Source of the DNA: an uncultured virus (IMG/VR IMGVR_UViG_3300030101_002968)
Lineage: Duplodnaviria > Heunggongvirae > Uroviricota > Caudoviricetes
Reading direction: 5' to 3' (one strand)
Virus record (IMG/VR): IMGVR_UViG_3300030101_002968
Span: 50,894-70,893 of that record
Length of the DNA stretch: 20,000 bases
A program made the position numbers and the translations under genes. Below the pieces are notes generated by a model, which was not told where the DNA came from, searched no databases, and was given only the letters and a program-made list of their open reading frames with translations. Positions 1 to 9,446 of the stretch are shown piece by piece (positions within the stretch are counted from its first letter, which is position 1; each line of letters begins with the position of its first letter).

Positions 1-2584
1 CGTTTCTTTGGTCTACATTTGCAACATTACCTAAACCGACATCGCTACTAGTTAGTGTGTGCCATTGAGCTGTACCAGCACTACCAGCATACTGAAGAAC
101 TTGACCGGTTGCACCTGCAGCTGGAATATGTTTGTTACCAGCGTTTGTTGGGTGAACATAAGCATTAGCATTAGTATCAATAGTATCTAGTTTTGTACCA
201 TCAGTTTGTAAATCTCTACCATCTACTGTACCACTAGTTAATATATTACCATTTACATTAATTGGATGTGAAATTTTAAATTGAACAGCACTTGTGTCCC
301 ATAAAATAGTGGCATCAGTTGAGCCGTTTACAGCATCTTGTATTGTAATACCAGCGCCATTAGCTGAAGAGGAAGAATCACTAGTGCTATAGTTTAATGT
401 TATATTTTTATCTTGTACGTTTAAGTTTGTAGTATCTACTGTTACTGTAGTGCCGTTTACAGTTAAATTACCAGCTATTGTTACATCTGTACCAAACGTT
501 GAAGTACCACCAATTTGCAATACTGATTGAGTATAGTCTGTTTCGTGTGCGTTAAAATTATAATCAACACCTCCATTGTTAGTTCTTGTCAGTTTCATGT
601 CAGAACTACTGTCATTGAAGAACTGATAAACATCATCATCTCCGTTTATAAATCTTAGAGTAGGTGTATCACCATTACCATCGTCAAGCGTTAAATTTCC
701 TTCCATTACTTTAGCACCAGTAAACGTTTGAGATCCTGACAAGTGTGCTGTATCACTATCAAGATATGCAGAAGAAATAACACCACCGTTCCAAGTTGCA
801 CCAGTTATATTTCCAGATATATCTGCATTACCGTTTATGTCTAAAGATCCAGCTGTTAGCGAATTACTACCAGCAGTAACATTGCCTGCAAAAGTTGCGT
901 TTTGCGAAGTATCTATAGTTATTGCTGCTGTGTTATTTGATAAAACCTCAAGATTATGATTACTAGATGTACCAACCCTACCTACACTAGCACCCATTAT
1001 TTTTGTTGTAGCACCACCGCTTTCAGCCGCTGAAATTGTTGCGTTTGATGCGGTTGCTGTTATATTACCAGACGTAGTTGTAGTCCCAGATATATCAGCG
1101 TTACCATTTATATCTAGACTACCAGCTGTTAGTGAGTTAGAACCAACAGAAAGATTACCATATAAAGTATCACCTCCTTTATCTACAAAATATTCGGTCA
1201 TACCTCTACTGTCGTAGTTGTAAGCGTATATATTCATAACTCTAGGCCCGTTATTACCACTACGTTTACCTAAAGTAAATTTAACAGCGTTTATAGCAGT
1301 ACCACCATTTGCTATATAAGTGTGATAAAATGTAGATGCAGCACTACTATTTAAAGCTGTTGTATAACTTGAACCGTTATCAGTAGAATATTCTATAAGC
1401 ATTGAAGAAGGTGCAAAGCTAGAAGCCCCAAAGCTAATACCAAACCTAGTGCCGTAATTAAAAGATCTAGGAAAATCTGTTAATTCTATACTCCATGTAG
1501 AACCTGTTATTTCAGCTTGACTAGCGTTAGCTGTACGAGCGCTTGGCTCAAACATTCTAGCGGTTTCATCACTTGTTGGATTAGCACTTAAACCACTGTA
1601 AGTAACAGTACCGCCTCTAGCTACAAAGTTAGCAAGATCATTAAATAAATAAGGGTGTATAACAGCAGTGTTGTCTTCTGGTGAGTGAGCTAATAAACTA
1701 GATTTTATTTTCGGTTGAGGATCACTTACACTTCCTTGCTGATAAGATGTTCCAGTAGATATATCGCCTTGACTAGATGTAGTTAACTCAACAGCTGTTA
1801 TAACACCAGAGTGTATTGTACCTATATTTTTTAAGTTTCTACTTAAATCTATAAACTGTGTATTAGTGCCATCACCTATATATAAACCATTTTCACTAGC
1901 AGTTGTGCTGTCTGATCTAAATCTAAATTCATTTCTATTTGCCCAAGCAGTATTGTTACCAGGAAAACCGTAAGCGTGAAAACCACTTTCAGCAGCAAAA
2001 ACAACTGTTTCAGCAATAGTATTTAATTCAGTTTTTAAAGTATCTCCTACATCACCAGCTGTAATAAGAACCATATCATCATGACCAAGTTGTACTGCAC
2101 CAAGTTGACTTATTCTACTAAGTATTGTTTTTTCTGCACCGTTGTGATCAACTTTTAACAAAGGAACTTCAGTTGTATACTCATCTACATCACCTGCGGG
2201 TTCGTAATCAAAAAGTATGTAACCATTTGCTGTTGTGAACGTAAGTTTATTATTTATTGTTGTAGCGCCTAAAGTCATTGTACCGCTAATACTTGGGCTT
2301 TCTAAAACTAAGTTTGTGTTTGTACCGCCTAGTGTTAAGGTTCTTGTTGAACTAGAGTCTGCAAATATAGCCATATCTTGCTCAAACCTAATATCTACAG
2401 TATTTGTTCCATCACCAATAAACACATCATCACTACCATTACCTAAAAGTATATCACCAACATCATTGCTTATAACTAAATCATCACCTGTTTGTGATAT
2501 TTTACCAGCATTAGCACCTGCAGTTGTTTTAAACTGTATATCGTTTGCCGCTTCTAAATTTATATTACTTAAAAATTTCGCCAT
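1..2584 (-). CDS. Tail fibre protein, partial (at least 861 codons, runs off the left edge)
   Basis: Not in the ORF track because its stop lies outside the window. ATG at 2584 reads MAKFLSNINLEAANDIQFKT...; the frame is still open at the left edge with phage fibre motifs RDLQTDGTKLDTI, YVHPTNAGNKHIPAAGATGQVLQY and SSDVGLGNVANVDQ. Gly/Thr/Asn-rich. Confidence 0.85.
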   Translation of the reverse strand, partial: MAKFLSNINLEAANDIQFKTTAGANAGKISQTGDDLVISNDVGDILLGNGSDDVFIGDGTNTVDIRFEQDMAIFADSSSTRTLTLGGTNTNLVLESPSISGTMTLGATTINNKLTFTTANGYILFDYEPAGDVDEYTTEVPLLKVDHNGAEKTILSRISQLGAVQLGHDDMVLITAGDVGDTLKTELNTIAETVVFAAESGFHAYGFPGNNTAWANRNEFRFRSDSTTASENGLYIGDGTNTQFIDLSRNLKNIGTIHSGVITAVELTTSSQGDISTGTSYQQGSVSDPQPKIKSSLLAHSPEDNTAVIHPYLFNDLANFVARGGTVTYSGLSANPTSDETARMFEPSARTANASQAEITGSTWSIELTDFPRSFNYGTRFGISFGASSFAPSSMLIEYSTDNGSSYTTALNSSAASTFYHTYIANGGTAINAVKFTLGKRSGNNGPRVMNIYAYNYDSRGMTEYFVDKGGDTLYGNLSVGSNSLTAGSLDINGNADISGTTTTSGNITATASNATISAAESGGATTKIMGASVGRVGTSSNHNLEVLSNNTAAITIDTSQNATFAGNVTAGSNSLTAGSLDINGNADISGNITGATWNGGVISSAYLDSDTAHLSGSQTFTGAKVMEGNLTLDDGNGDTPTLRFINGDDDVYQFFNDSSSDMKLTRTNNGGVDYNFNAHETDYTQSVLQIGGTSTFGTDVTIAGNLTVNGTTVTVDTTNLNVQDKNITLNYSTSDSSSSANGAGITIQDAVNGSTDATILWDTSAVQFKISHPINVNGNILTSGTVDGRDLQTDGTKLDTIDTNANAYVHPTNAGNKHIPAAGATGQVLQYAGSAGTAQWHTLTSSDVGLGNVANVDQRN
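813..1159 (-). repeat. Internal duplicated segment in the fibre gene (813-886 and 1086-1159)
   Basis: Both copies encode GSNSLTAGSLDINGNADISG (GNVTAGSNSLTAGSLDINGNADISG vs GNLSVGSNSLTAGSLDINGNADISG) with synonymous divergence. Confidence 0.85.
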
Positions 2585-2593
2585 ATTTATATT

Positions 2594-5392
2594 TTATAAT
2601 CTTCCTGATATTCTTTTTTTACCTAAACTAAAGTTTGCTGATGGTCTTACTGTTACCTTTGCAAAGCCTTTTGGCCACAAATGCGGACCACCTGATGGCG
2701 CTTTAGACATAGCCACATGTATATCTTCAGCTTCCCAACCTTCGTGAACTAAATCGTGGTCTTGAAGATAATAACCAAACTTTAAATTATAACTTCTATA
2801 CTGCGGTTGTACTGTTATTATTTTTGTTTCAAAAGCGCCTATAGCACTTGTAGTGTGTTGTTCGTATTCTATAAAGCCATTACGTAGTTTTCCTTGTGCA
2901 TCTGTGCTGTTTAAAAAATCTGCTGTTTCATCTGAATCGTTTAAATCTAGCTCATCATTATAAAACTGATGAAGATTTGAGTTTATATCATATGTATTAG
3001 CACCAAAAGTTTGATTATGAGCATAACAAGCTATTATATAAGGAGGTGATGATGAATCAATACCTCTACTTGTTCCGTCCCACTCTGTTTCATTTATTCT
3101 AATAGTAGATTTTATTTTAACAGTACAGTTTGCAGGTACTTGAAGCAAACCTGTTGCTATTGGATTACCACTCCAAGAAGAAGAATACAAATCTCTAGCT
3201 CTTCCTTTTAAACCGTGAAACCTTGTTATATTATAGTATATTTTTATTTTTTCTTGTTCTTTAAAATTATGCTCGTCAAAACAAACATAAGATTTCCAAC
3301 CAGTTCCACTGCTTCCTCTTAAAGAATTATGTGAACTTGCATGGTTCTGTAAAGTGTTAGGGTATCTTACACCAGTACCAGTTCTATATATACTAGACGT
3401 AGCATCCCAGTCATTAGGGTATATTTTAGAATCACACACATATATACTACTATTACTATCAGCTATGTACGTTGCTTGACCATATCTATTAGCAAAAAAC
3501 CTTCTATAGTTAGGATATATTGAAATACCACCAAAATAAAAAGCATAACTACGTTGGTTTTCACTTCTTAAATACATTGTGTGAGTAGAGTCATTTTGTC
3601 TACCAAGATTATATAACAAATAACCATAGTCTTCAGCTCCATAACCTTGTATATAAGAAATTTCATTAGAAAATTGATAAGCACCACCAATTTCAAAACT
3701 ACAATAATTAGAGTGAGCTATAATATGTCCATGTGATTTTATATAGTATTGCGAGCTCCAGTGCCACATACCTCTACCACTACCAACTATAATATGGTTT
3801 CTGTTAACCATACCATAAGGGTGTCTTACAGTAATACTAGGATAATCATTACCGTCTCGGTTATCATTACTAGTTAAATTATAAGCAGTGTAACTACAAC
3901 CATCTAAATAGTTTTCGCCTGTTTGACTAACACCGTTTGTATTGTGTATTGTATTGCTGCTTGCAGAGCTTCCATCTATAGCTTTGTTATAATAACCATT
4001 GTAACCAGCTATGTTTACACCTGATCTAAAATTTGTAGTATCATTGGTATTGTAACCTAAACCTACAAACTCTACGTATTTTATTTTAACTCTTCTTGTT
4101 GGCGCATTGTTCCAACCAGTGCTTGTCCAGTATTTAACGTTAAAAAACACTCTTGCTGTGTCTTGATCTCCATCAGCTACATCATTACCGCTAGTATCAC
4201 AAGCTTTAATAACAACATCTCTTGTCATTTTTACAACAGGTCCACCAACTTCACCATTAAAAAGTATATCTCTATCAACTGTTATTGTTTTAGCACTTGC
4301 ATCAATACTTGATATTGTGTATATAGCTTTAAGCCTCCATATACCTTCGTTACCACCTAAGTTTGTAGCTCCAAATCCGCTAGTGCTATAATAATAACTA
4401 ACAAGGTTTCCAGCTCCTGGGTTTGCAAAACTTATGTGTATATAAACTGTGTCTCCAACAGAAAAATCAGTTACATCGTTAAGTGTAATGGTTCTAACAC
4501 CAGTACCACCTGTATAAGCAGTTGCTACTGCACTTGATAGTCTTCTACAAAACTGACCGTTTTCATGATATTTTTCTGTACCGGTTTCATACACTTTTAC
4601 ACCAACTAAAGAAGGATTGTTATCTACTGAACTACCAAAAGTTATAACATTTTCAGTTATATCTGTAACATCTAATACGTTTCTATTATCACCAGTACCA
4701 AATATTAATTTATAACCAACTCTAAAAACACTAGCATCGTCAACTGTTATTGTACTACCGCTAACTGACTGTATCGTTGCTTCAGGACTAACATATCTTT
4801 TAACATAAATTCTATTGTTTGAAGTGTCTACATCGTGAACAAAAAAGCATTCATCATTAACCAATGTATAATCACACTCTCTTGTATAAAGCGATATTCT
4901 ATCGTTGATAGCAAAGTTTGCTGCTGATGTTACGGTAATATAATCAGCATTAGGAGCTTGATTACCATTAACAGTTGTTACTAACGTTGGTTCGCCACCA
5001 TCTATTTGTACACCACACCATTTTCTAGCATCAACTTGTATACCGTGTTGAGCAGAGTTATCACCTGATATTTTAATTTCAGTGCCACCAACCATACTAA
5101 GCAAAGAGCCTGACGTGCTACTACCTTCAACAAACTCACCAGCATCATTATTAGAGTTGCTAGTATTTTTTACAGTCATACGACCGTGTAAGTGCATTTT
5201 ACCACCATTAGCAAAATGTAAGTTACCATCAATAGTAACATCACCAGTCCTTGTAGACTGTATATTTGTACTTAGTGTAACTTTGTGGCCGTGGGCAATA
5301 ACTACTAAATCATCAGCCGCAGGTACTGATCCACCAACCCAAGTGCCGGTGTCATGCCAATTACCTGTTTGTGTACTAGTTATCGTCGCCAT
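2594..5392 (-). CDS. Tailspike/virion protein with G8-like N-terminus, ITV..A..F.VG repeats and probable right-handed beta-helix (putative polysaccharide-binding protein or depolymerase)
   Basis: 932 aa. N-terminal TGNWHDTGTWVGGSVPAADDLVVIAHGHKVTL resembles the start of G8 domains; three repeats (ITVTSAANFAINDRI, ITVDDASVFRVGYKL, ITLNDVTDFSVGDTV); MTRDVVIKA...VKIKYVEFVGLG precedes an Asn/Tyr/Gly-rich region. Located among tail genes. Confidence 0.65.
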   Translation of the reverse strand: MATITSTQTGNWHDTGTWVGGSVPAADDLVVIAHGHKVTLSTNIQSTRTGDVTIDGNLHFANGGKMHLHGRMTVKNTSNSNNDAGEFVEGSSTSGSLLSMVGGTEIKISGDNSAQHGIQVDARKWCGVQIDGGEPTLVTTVNGNQAPNADYITVTSAANFAINDRISLYTRECDYTLVNDECFFVHDVDTSNNRIYVKRYVSPEATIQSVSGSTITVDDASVFRVGYKLIFGTGDNRNVLDVTDITENVITFGSSVDNNPSLVGVKVYETGTEKYHENGQFCRRLSSAVATAYTGGTGVRTITLNDVTDFSVGDTVYIHISFANPGAGNLVSYYYSTSGFGATNLGGNEGIWRLKAIYTISSIDASAKTITVDRDILFNGEVGGPVVKMTRDVVIKACDTSGNDVADGDQDTARVFFNVKYWTSTGWNNAPTRRVKIKYVEFVGLGYNTNDTTNFRSGVNIAGYNGYYNKAIDGSSASSNTIHNTNGVSQTGENYLDGCSYTAYNLTSNDNRDGNDYPSITVRHPYGMVNRNHIIVGSGRGMWHWSSQYYIKSHGHIIAHSNYCSFEIGGAYQFSNEISYIQGYGAEDYGYLLYNLGRQNDSTHTMYLRSENQRSYAFYFGGISIYPNYRRFFANRYGQATYIADSNSSIYVCDSKIYPNDWDATSSIYRTGTGVRYPNTLQNHASSHNSLRGSSGTGWKSYVCFDEHNFKEQEKIKIYYNITRFHGLKGRARDLYSSSWSGNPIATGLLQVPANCTVKIKSTIRINETEWDGTSRGIDSSSPPYIIACYAHNQTFGANTYDINSNLHQFYNDELDLNDSDETADFLNSTDAQGKLRNGFIEYEQHTTSAIGAFETKIITVQPQYRSYNLKFGYYLQDHDLVHEGWEAEDIHVAMSKAPSGGPHLWPKGFAKVTVRPSANFSLGKKRISGRL

Positions 5393-5564
5393 TTAATACT
5401 TCGTTAAATTGTTCTTGGTACTGAGAAACATCTAATGCTATTTCAAAAGACAGAGAGTTACTATCATCAACAACAGTATCGTTGTTAATAACAGCAACTA
5501 TCTCTTCATCTTTTGTTAAATTTATCTTATTAGTTGTTTTATCGTACTCGATTTTTATTATCAT
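5376..5564 (-). CDS. Small acidic hypothetical protein in the tail module (possible fibre chaperone/adaptor)
   Basis: 62 aa ORF overlapping the start of the next gene, in the same operon. Confidence 0.65.
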   Translation of the reverse strand: MIIKIEYDKTTNKINLTKDEEIVAVINNDTVVDDSNSLSFEIALDVSQYQEQFNEVLNGDDN

Positions 5565-5587
5565 TTAATTTTATTTTGCTATACACA

Positions 5588-7552
5588 CTATGCCATTCTT
5601 GTAATCATTGCTCTGTAAGCTCCGTTTGCAACATCTGATCCAAATATTACTTTAATAGTTGTGTCAGAAGGTCTTGTTACATCTACATAAACAGTGTCAT
5701 AGTTACCACTGTCTTGAACAACTTCAACTTTATAGAATCTACTAGCACCCATACCATGAGTAATTGTCCACTGTGCAGAGTCTGTAGAGTTGCTACTGTT
5801 TTCATTTGTAACACCACCAGCGCCGTGTGTTAATTCAACAACTTTAACAGCACCAACTGCACCAGCTGTAATACCAGCGGCAGTACCAGTAGTATTTTGA
5901 TCACCAGCAGAGTTTACACCAGGTAAATTAATATTAGCAGAACCATCAAATGTTACACCACCAATGGTAACTGCAGCAGCAAGTTTTGTTGCTGTAGCAG
6001 CATTACCTGTACATGATCCAGAAGAACCTGTTACGGTTGTTTGAACAACGTTTGGTGAGGTGTTAGTAAAAGTTACTGTACCATCGGCAGTAGTTTCTGT
6101 ACTAATACCTGTACCACCTGTGAAAGTTAACGTTTCGTTATGCGCTATTACTGTGCTATTAGTGTTTGTATCTACACCAATGTTAAACGTTGTTAACTGA
6201 TTTGTGTTAGGAATAAATGTTAGGTTGCTTTGCATGTAAGACTCTAGATTTGCTACAGTCATGCTCTTGTTAGTTCCACCAGCACCATCATCAACAATTA
6301 ATAAGTCAGTAGATTCTGGAGCTGCACCTAAAGCAGTACCACCGTCAATATCAAGATTTGATAATGCTACAGTACCAGTAAAAGATGTTGCTTCTAGAGC
6401 TTTGTTAAATACAAACTTATCACCACTACTTCTATATAGTAAAGTTGCAGCTGCACCAGCAACAGTAAGACCAGCATTATCTGCGGCTGCGGCGCTTCCA
6501 GCACCTTTAGCTACTGTTATGTTTAGATCTTCAACCTCTAACGTTGCAACGTCTAAAGTTGTTGTAGCTCCTGATACTAGTAAGTCTCCATTAACTGTTA
6601 AATCACCAGATATTGTTGTATCTACACTTGTAGCATTACCAATTGTAACGCTCGTATCTATCTGACCTAGTCTTGTTTCAAGATTAGTAACACTTACATC
6701 AACGTCTGTATTTGCAATTGTAGTATCAGACCAAGGTACGTTAACTACAAGGTTATCAGCATCGTCAGTTTCAACCTGGTATAATCTATTTGAAGTTGTT
6801 GTTATTGATTGAGGTGCTTGAGTTGTTCCAGTAGCACCAACGTTTACGTTAAGTGTATTACCACTTAATGACATACCAGTACCAGCGTCTCTTTGTGTGT
6901 TTGTATTAGTTACTTTAGCGTCGTTTAGCGCTACTCTGTTTTCTAGTTTACCAAATGCTGTTATTATAGTATCGGTAGCAGCAAGTGTTCCACCTGACCC
7001 TGTATTTAGTCCAGTTAGCACTTTACCAATAACACCAGCGTTATTAAGTTGAGTGTTAGTATCAGTAGATGTTATAGTTACGACACCAGCATTTTCAGCT
7101 AATGTTACGTTTGTACCTCCAATTAATTTCAACTCTTCAGTAGAGCCCATTGTTTCGTTAGCAGTACCATCGTTGGTTGTATCAACTTTTATAGTTCTAA
7201 AAGTATTGGTGTTAGTGTTAACCCAAGGCACGTTAACAACCATCTTGTCGTTTTCAGTTAGTTGAACTCCATACCATCTACTAGCTGTAGCTGTAATCGC
7301 GTTAACACCAGATTCGGTTACATCAGTGTCAGAAAATATTTTTACTATACCAGCGTCACTTGTTGTCGCTATATCGTTGTCGCCAAGAGTAAAAAAATCA
7401 CTATTACCACTTCCTGTGTAAACTCTTACAGAATTACTAGTATCGTGATAATGTATAATACCTTTGGCCTGTGTAGGTGAATCAGTAATTTCTAACTTTG
7501 TATTTAGAAGCTGATTACCGTTAAGATTTAAATGATTTAAAAATTTAGGCAT
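5588..7552 (-). CDS. Tail fibre protein
   Basis: 654 aa, Thr/Gly/Ala/Asn-rich. Duplicated VVNVPW..T module, GNAATATKLAAAVTIGGVTFDGSANINLPGVN fibre motif, C-terminal WTITHGMG domain. Confidence 0.85.
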   Translation of the reverse strand: MPKFLNHLNLNGNQLLNTKLEITDSPTQAKGIIHYHDTSNSVRVYTGSGNSDFFTLGDNDIATTSDAGIVKIFSDTDVTESGVNAITATASRWYGVQLTENDKMVVNVPWVNTNTNTFRTIKVDTTNDGTANETMGSTEELKLIGGTNVTLAENAGVVTITSTDTNTQLNNAGVIGKVLTGLNTGSGGTLAATDTIITAFGKLENRVALNDAKVTNTNTQRDAGTGMSLSGNTLNVNVGATGTTQAPQSITTTSNRLYQVETDDADNLVVNVPWSDTTIANTDVDVSVTNLETRLGQIDTSVTIGNATSVDTTISGDLTVNGDLLVSGATTTLDVATLEVEDLNITVAKGAGSAAAADNAGLTVAGAAATLLYRSSGDKFVFNKALEATSFTGTVALSNLDIDGGTALGAAPESTDLLIVDDGAGGTNKSMTVANLESYMQSNLTFIPNTNQLTTFNIGVDTNTNSTVIAHNETLTFTGGTGISTETTADGTVTFTNTSPNVVQTTVTGSSGSCTGNAATATKLAAAVTIGGVTFDGSANINLPGVNSAGDQNTTGTAAGITAGAVGAVKVVELTHGAGGVTNENSSNSTDSAQWTITHGMGASRFYKVEVVQDSGNYDTVYVDVTRPSDTTIKVIFGSDVANGAYRAMITRMA

Positions 7553-7571
7553 TGTTTTTTGTTTTTGTTAG

Positions 7572-8273
7572 TTAGTTTAAATATGCAAATCCTGAAACTG
7601 CTCCAGAAAATGATATTGTTAAATTGTTTTTATCTGTATGTGAAACATCAGCTTCTACCTGTTCACCAGCAGCAGTAGTTATCATCACTGAAGGAAACTT
7701 GTTAAGGTTATGTGCGATTGTCCACGTCGCGGCGCCAGTGTTTTGTAAAAAAGTAAAATCCTTATCTTGAGCGCCAGCGAAAAGGACTACCATATAATTA
7801 AACTCATTAGTAAGATTTCCATTGCCACTTTTGTATATAAGTGTTAAATCAAAAAAATCTGTTTCTGAGCTATCTTGTACAACAGCTGTGCATGTATAAA
7901 CACCATAGTTATTAGTGTTTTTAATATCAGCTATTAAAATTTCTTTATCTACAAACTCTGTGTAAAAGTTTTGTAGTGTGTTATTACCACCATGTTTAAA
8001 CTTGCTTAACTTTATAGTAGTTACAGATGAGAAAGCAAAGTTAGTGTTAGGTGTATTTATTGTTATACTACCAGAAGGTCTAGAACCACTGTAAGCATTG
8101 TTAAAATATCTATATGGTATTTGACCACTTATACCTATAGCGCCAGTAAAGGAATAATGCGTAGCAATATCACCTAGTGTAAAATTCTTTACCTCTCCAG
8201 TTGGTGAACTACCAAGCATTTTATCTGTATTCTCTGGAGTAGAGTCTACAGCATAAGTTCCTATTCTAGCCAT
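7572..8273 (-). CDS. Virion structural (tail-associated) protein
   Basis: 233 aa. C-terminal WTIAHNLNKFPSV...LTISFSGAVSGFAYLN domain of the kind seen in phage tail proteins; lies between the holin and the fibres. Confidence 0.7.
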   Translation of the reverse strand: MARIGTYAVDSTPENTDKMLGSSPTGEVKNFTLGDIATHYSFTGAIGISGQIPYRYFNNAYSGSRPSGSITINTPNTNFAFSSVTTIKLSKFKHGGNNTLQNFYTEFVDKEILIADIKNTNNYGVYTCTAVVQDSSETDFFDLTLIYKSGNGNLTNEFNYMVVLFAGAQDKDFTFLQNTGAATWTIAHNLNKFPSVMITTAAGEQVEADVSHTDKNNLTISFSGAVSGFAYLN

Positions 8274-8660
8274 TTATTTTTTTACTTTTTCAAGAGATCG
8301 ACCGCCAAAGTAAGCACCGATCACAGTTATTAATACTAATTGTAATAAATCAGTCCATTTGTCTTGTACTTGAAAACTTAAAACACCAGCATCAATAAAT
8401 ATTAGTAATACAGTTGCTACTACTAAAAACACTAATACTAGCGGTCTTATATTTTTACTAAGCCACGAGTCAGACTGCATGTCCATTTTCCATCTTTGAG
8501 TTATTTGCTTTTGCATTTCAGCCTCATAACCCATTATCATATCTTTTATTTTAGCCTGTGCTTCGAGTTTTTCTTGTTTAGTCGTGGTGAGGTTATCTAA
8601 AACCCCACCCACGCTATTAACAAGATTAGCTGCACCTGCAGATAATAATTTATTTATCAT
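8274..8660 (-). CDS. Holin (3-TM, GTA-holin-like)
   Basis: 128 aa. Coiled N-terminus, DMQSDSWLSKNIRP motif, two clear hydrophobic segments and a terminal GAYFGGRSLEK, typical of this holin family. Confidence 0.8.
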   Translation of the reverse strand: MINKLLSAGAANLVNSVGGVLDNLTTTKQEKLEAQAKIKDMIMGYEAEMQKQITQRWKMDMQSDSWLSKNIRPLVLVFLVVATVLLIFIDAGVLSFQVQDKWTDLLQLVLITVIGAYFGGRSLEKVKK

Positions 8661-8747
8661 TTATTTTTTCTTCTTTTTCTTTTTCATCATTTTGCTTTTC
8701 ATTCCTCCACTTTTTGTTTTGGACTTTTTTCCTTTTGCGTATGGCAT
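8661..8747 (-). CDS. Lys-rich basic microprotein (28 aa)
   Basis: Hand-translated MPYAKGKKSKTKSGGMKSKMMKKKKKKK*. Fills the gap between 8752 and the holin; its TAA directly abuts the holin ATG. Confidence 0.7.
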   Translation of the reverse strand: MPYAKGKKSKTKSGGMKSKMMKKKKKKK

Positions 8748-8751
8748 AATT

Positions 8752-9192
8752 TTATCTGTTTTTGTCTTTAATCATATCGTCAATAGCTTTATTATAAACT
8801 TTATCAGTGTATGATCGGTTATTAAAAAATACACTTCTTTCTGAAAAAGGTAAATCTTCTTCTGCCAGAAGTATTCTATACAATCTGCTAATGAGTTGAG
8901 AACATTTAAACGATGTTTTAAAAACAGAGTATTTAATAGTAGTTCTATTACGATGTCTCCATGTTTCAATCCAACCGTCTCTTCTCAATCTCTCCCACCT
9001 GTTTTTATCCCACGAATACGTATACGTACCGTCGATAAACTCTTTACGTGTGAATCTACCTTTACAATCAAGGTATATTAACAACTCTAAGTCTGCGTCT
9101 TTTAAACTATATGTTTTACAAGCCCATTTACGCACAAGCCTGTAATATTTTAAAAGATTAATATCTCTAAGATCTTGCGCTGTTAGCTTCAT
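8752..9192 (-). CDS. Putative winged-helix DNA-binding protein
   Basis: 146 aa. LKDADLELLIYLD...FTRKEF...WERLRRDGWIE pattern resembles a MarR-like wHTH; ATGA overlap with GroES. Confidence 0.55.
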   Translation of the reverse strand: MKLTAQDLRDINLLKYYRLVRKWACKTYSLKDADLELLIYLDCKGRFTRKEFIDGTYTYSWDKNRWERLRRDGWIETWRHRNRTTIKYSVFKTSFKCSQLISRLYRILLAEEDLPFSERSVFFNNRSYTDKVYNKAIDDMIKDKNR

Positions 9193-9446
9193 TCAACTAC
9201 AACAATATCTCTTATAGTTATTACATAATACATTTGATCTTTATGATCTATACCAAAACCAGCGTGTTTGTCATATCTTACAATATCTCCTTCGCTTAAA
9301 CCTTCTACAAGGTTTCCACAAGATATAACCTTTGCTCTTAAGTACCTATTGTCAGTGTCTGTATTTTCTGTTAATAACAAGCCAGACTCAGTTTTTCTTT
9401 CTTCTTTTAGCTTGTCAACTATTACAAAATTATTTATCGCCCTCAT
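9189..9446 (-). CDS. groES: Co-chaperonin GroES (Cpn10)
   Basis: 85 aa. MRAINNFVIV, mobile loop KTESGLLL, AKVISCG, GDIVRYDKHAG, DIVVV; adjacent to GroEL. Confidence 0.92.
   Translation of the reverse strand: MRAINNFVIVDKLKEERKTESGLLLTENTDTDNRYLRAKVISCGNLVEGLSEGDIVRYDKHAGFGIDHKDQMYYVITIRDIVVVE

Noticed and set aside
813..1159. Duplicated fibre segment as a diversity-generating retroelement TR/VR pair
   Set aside because: Differences are mostly synonymous and not adenine-specific, both copies are in-frame within one gene, and no reverse transcriptase is present in the window.
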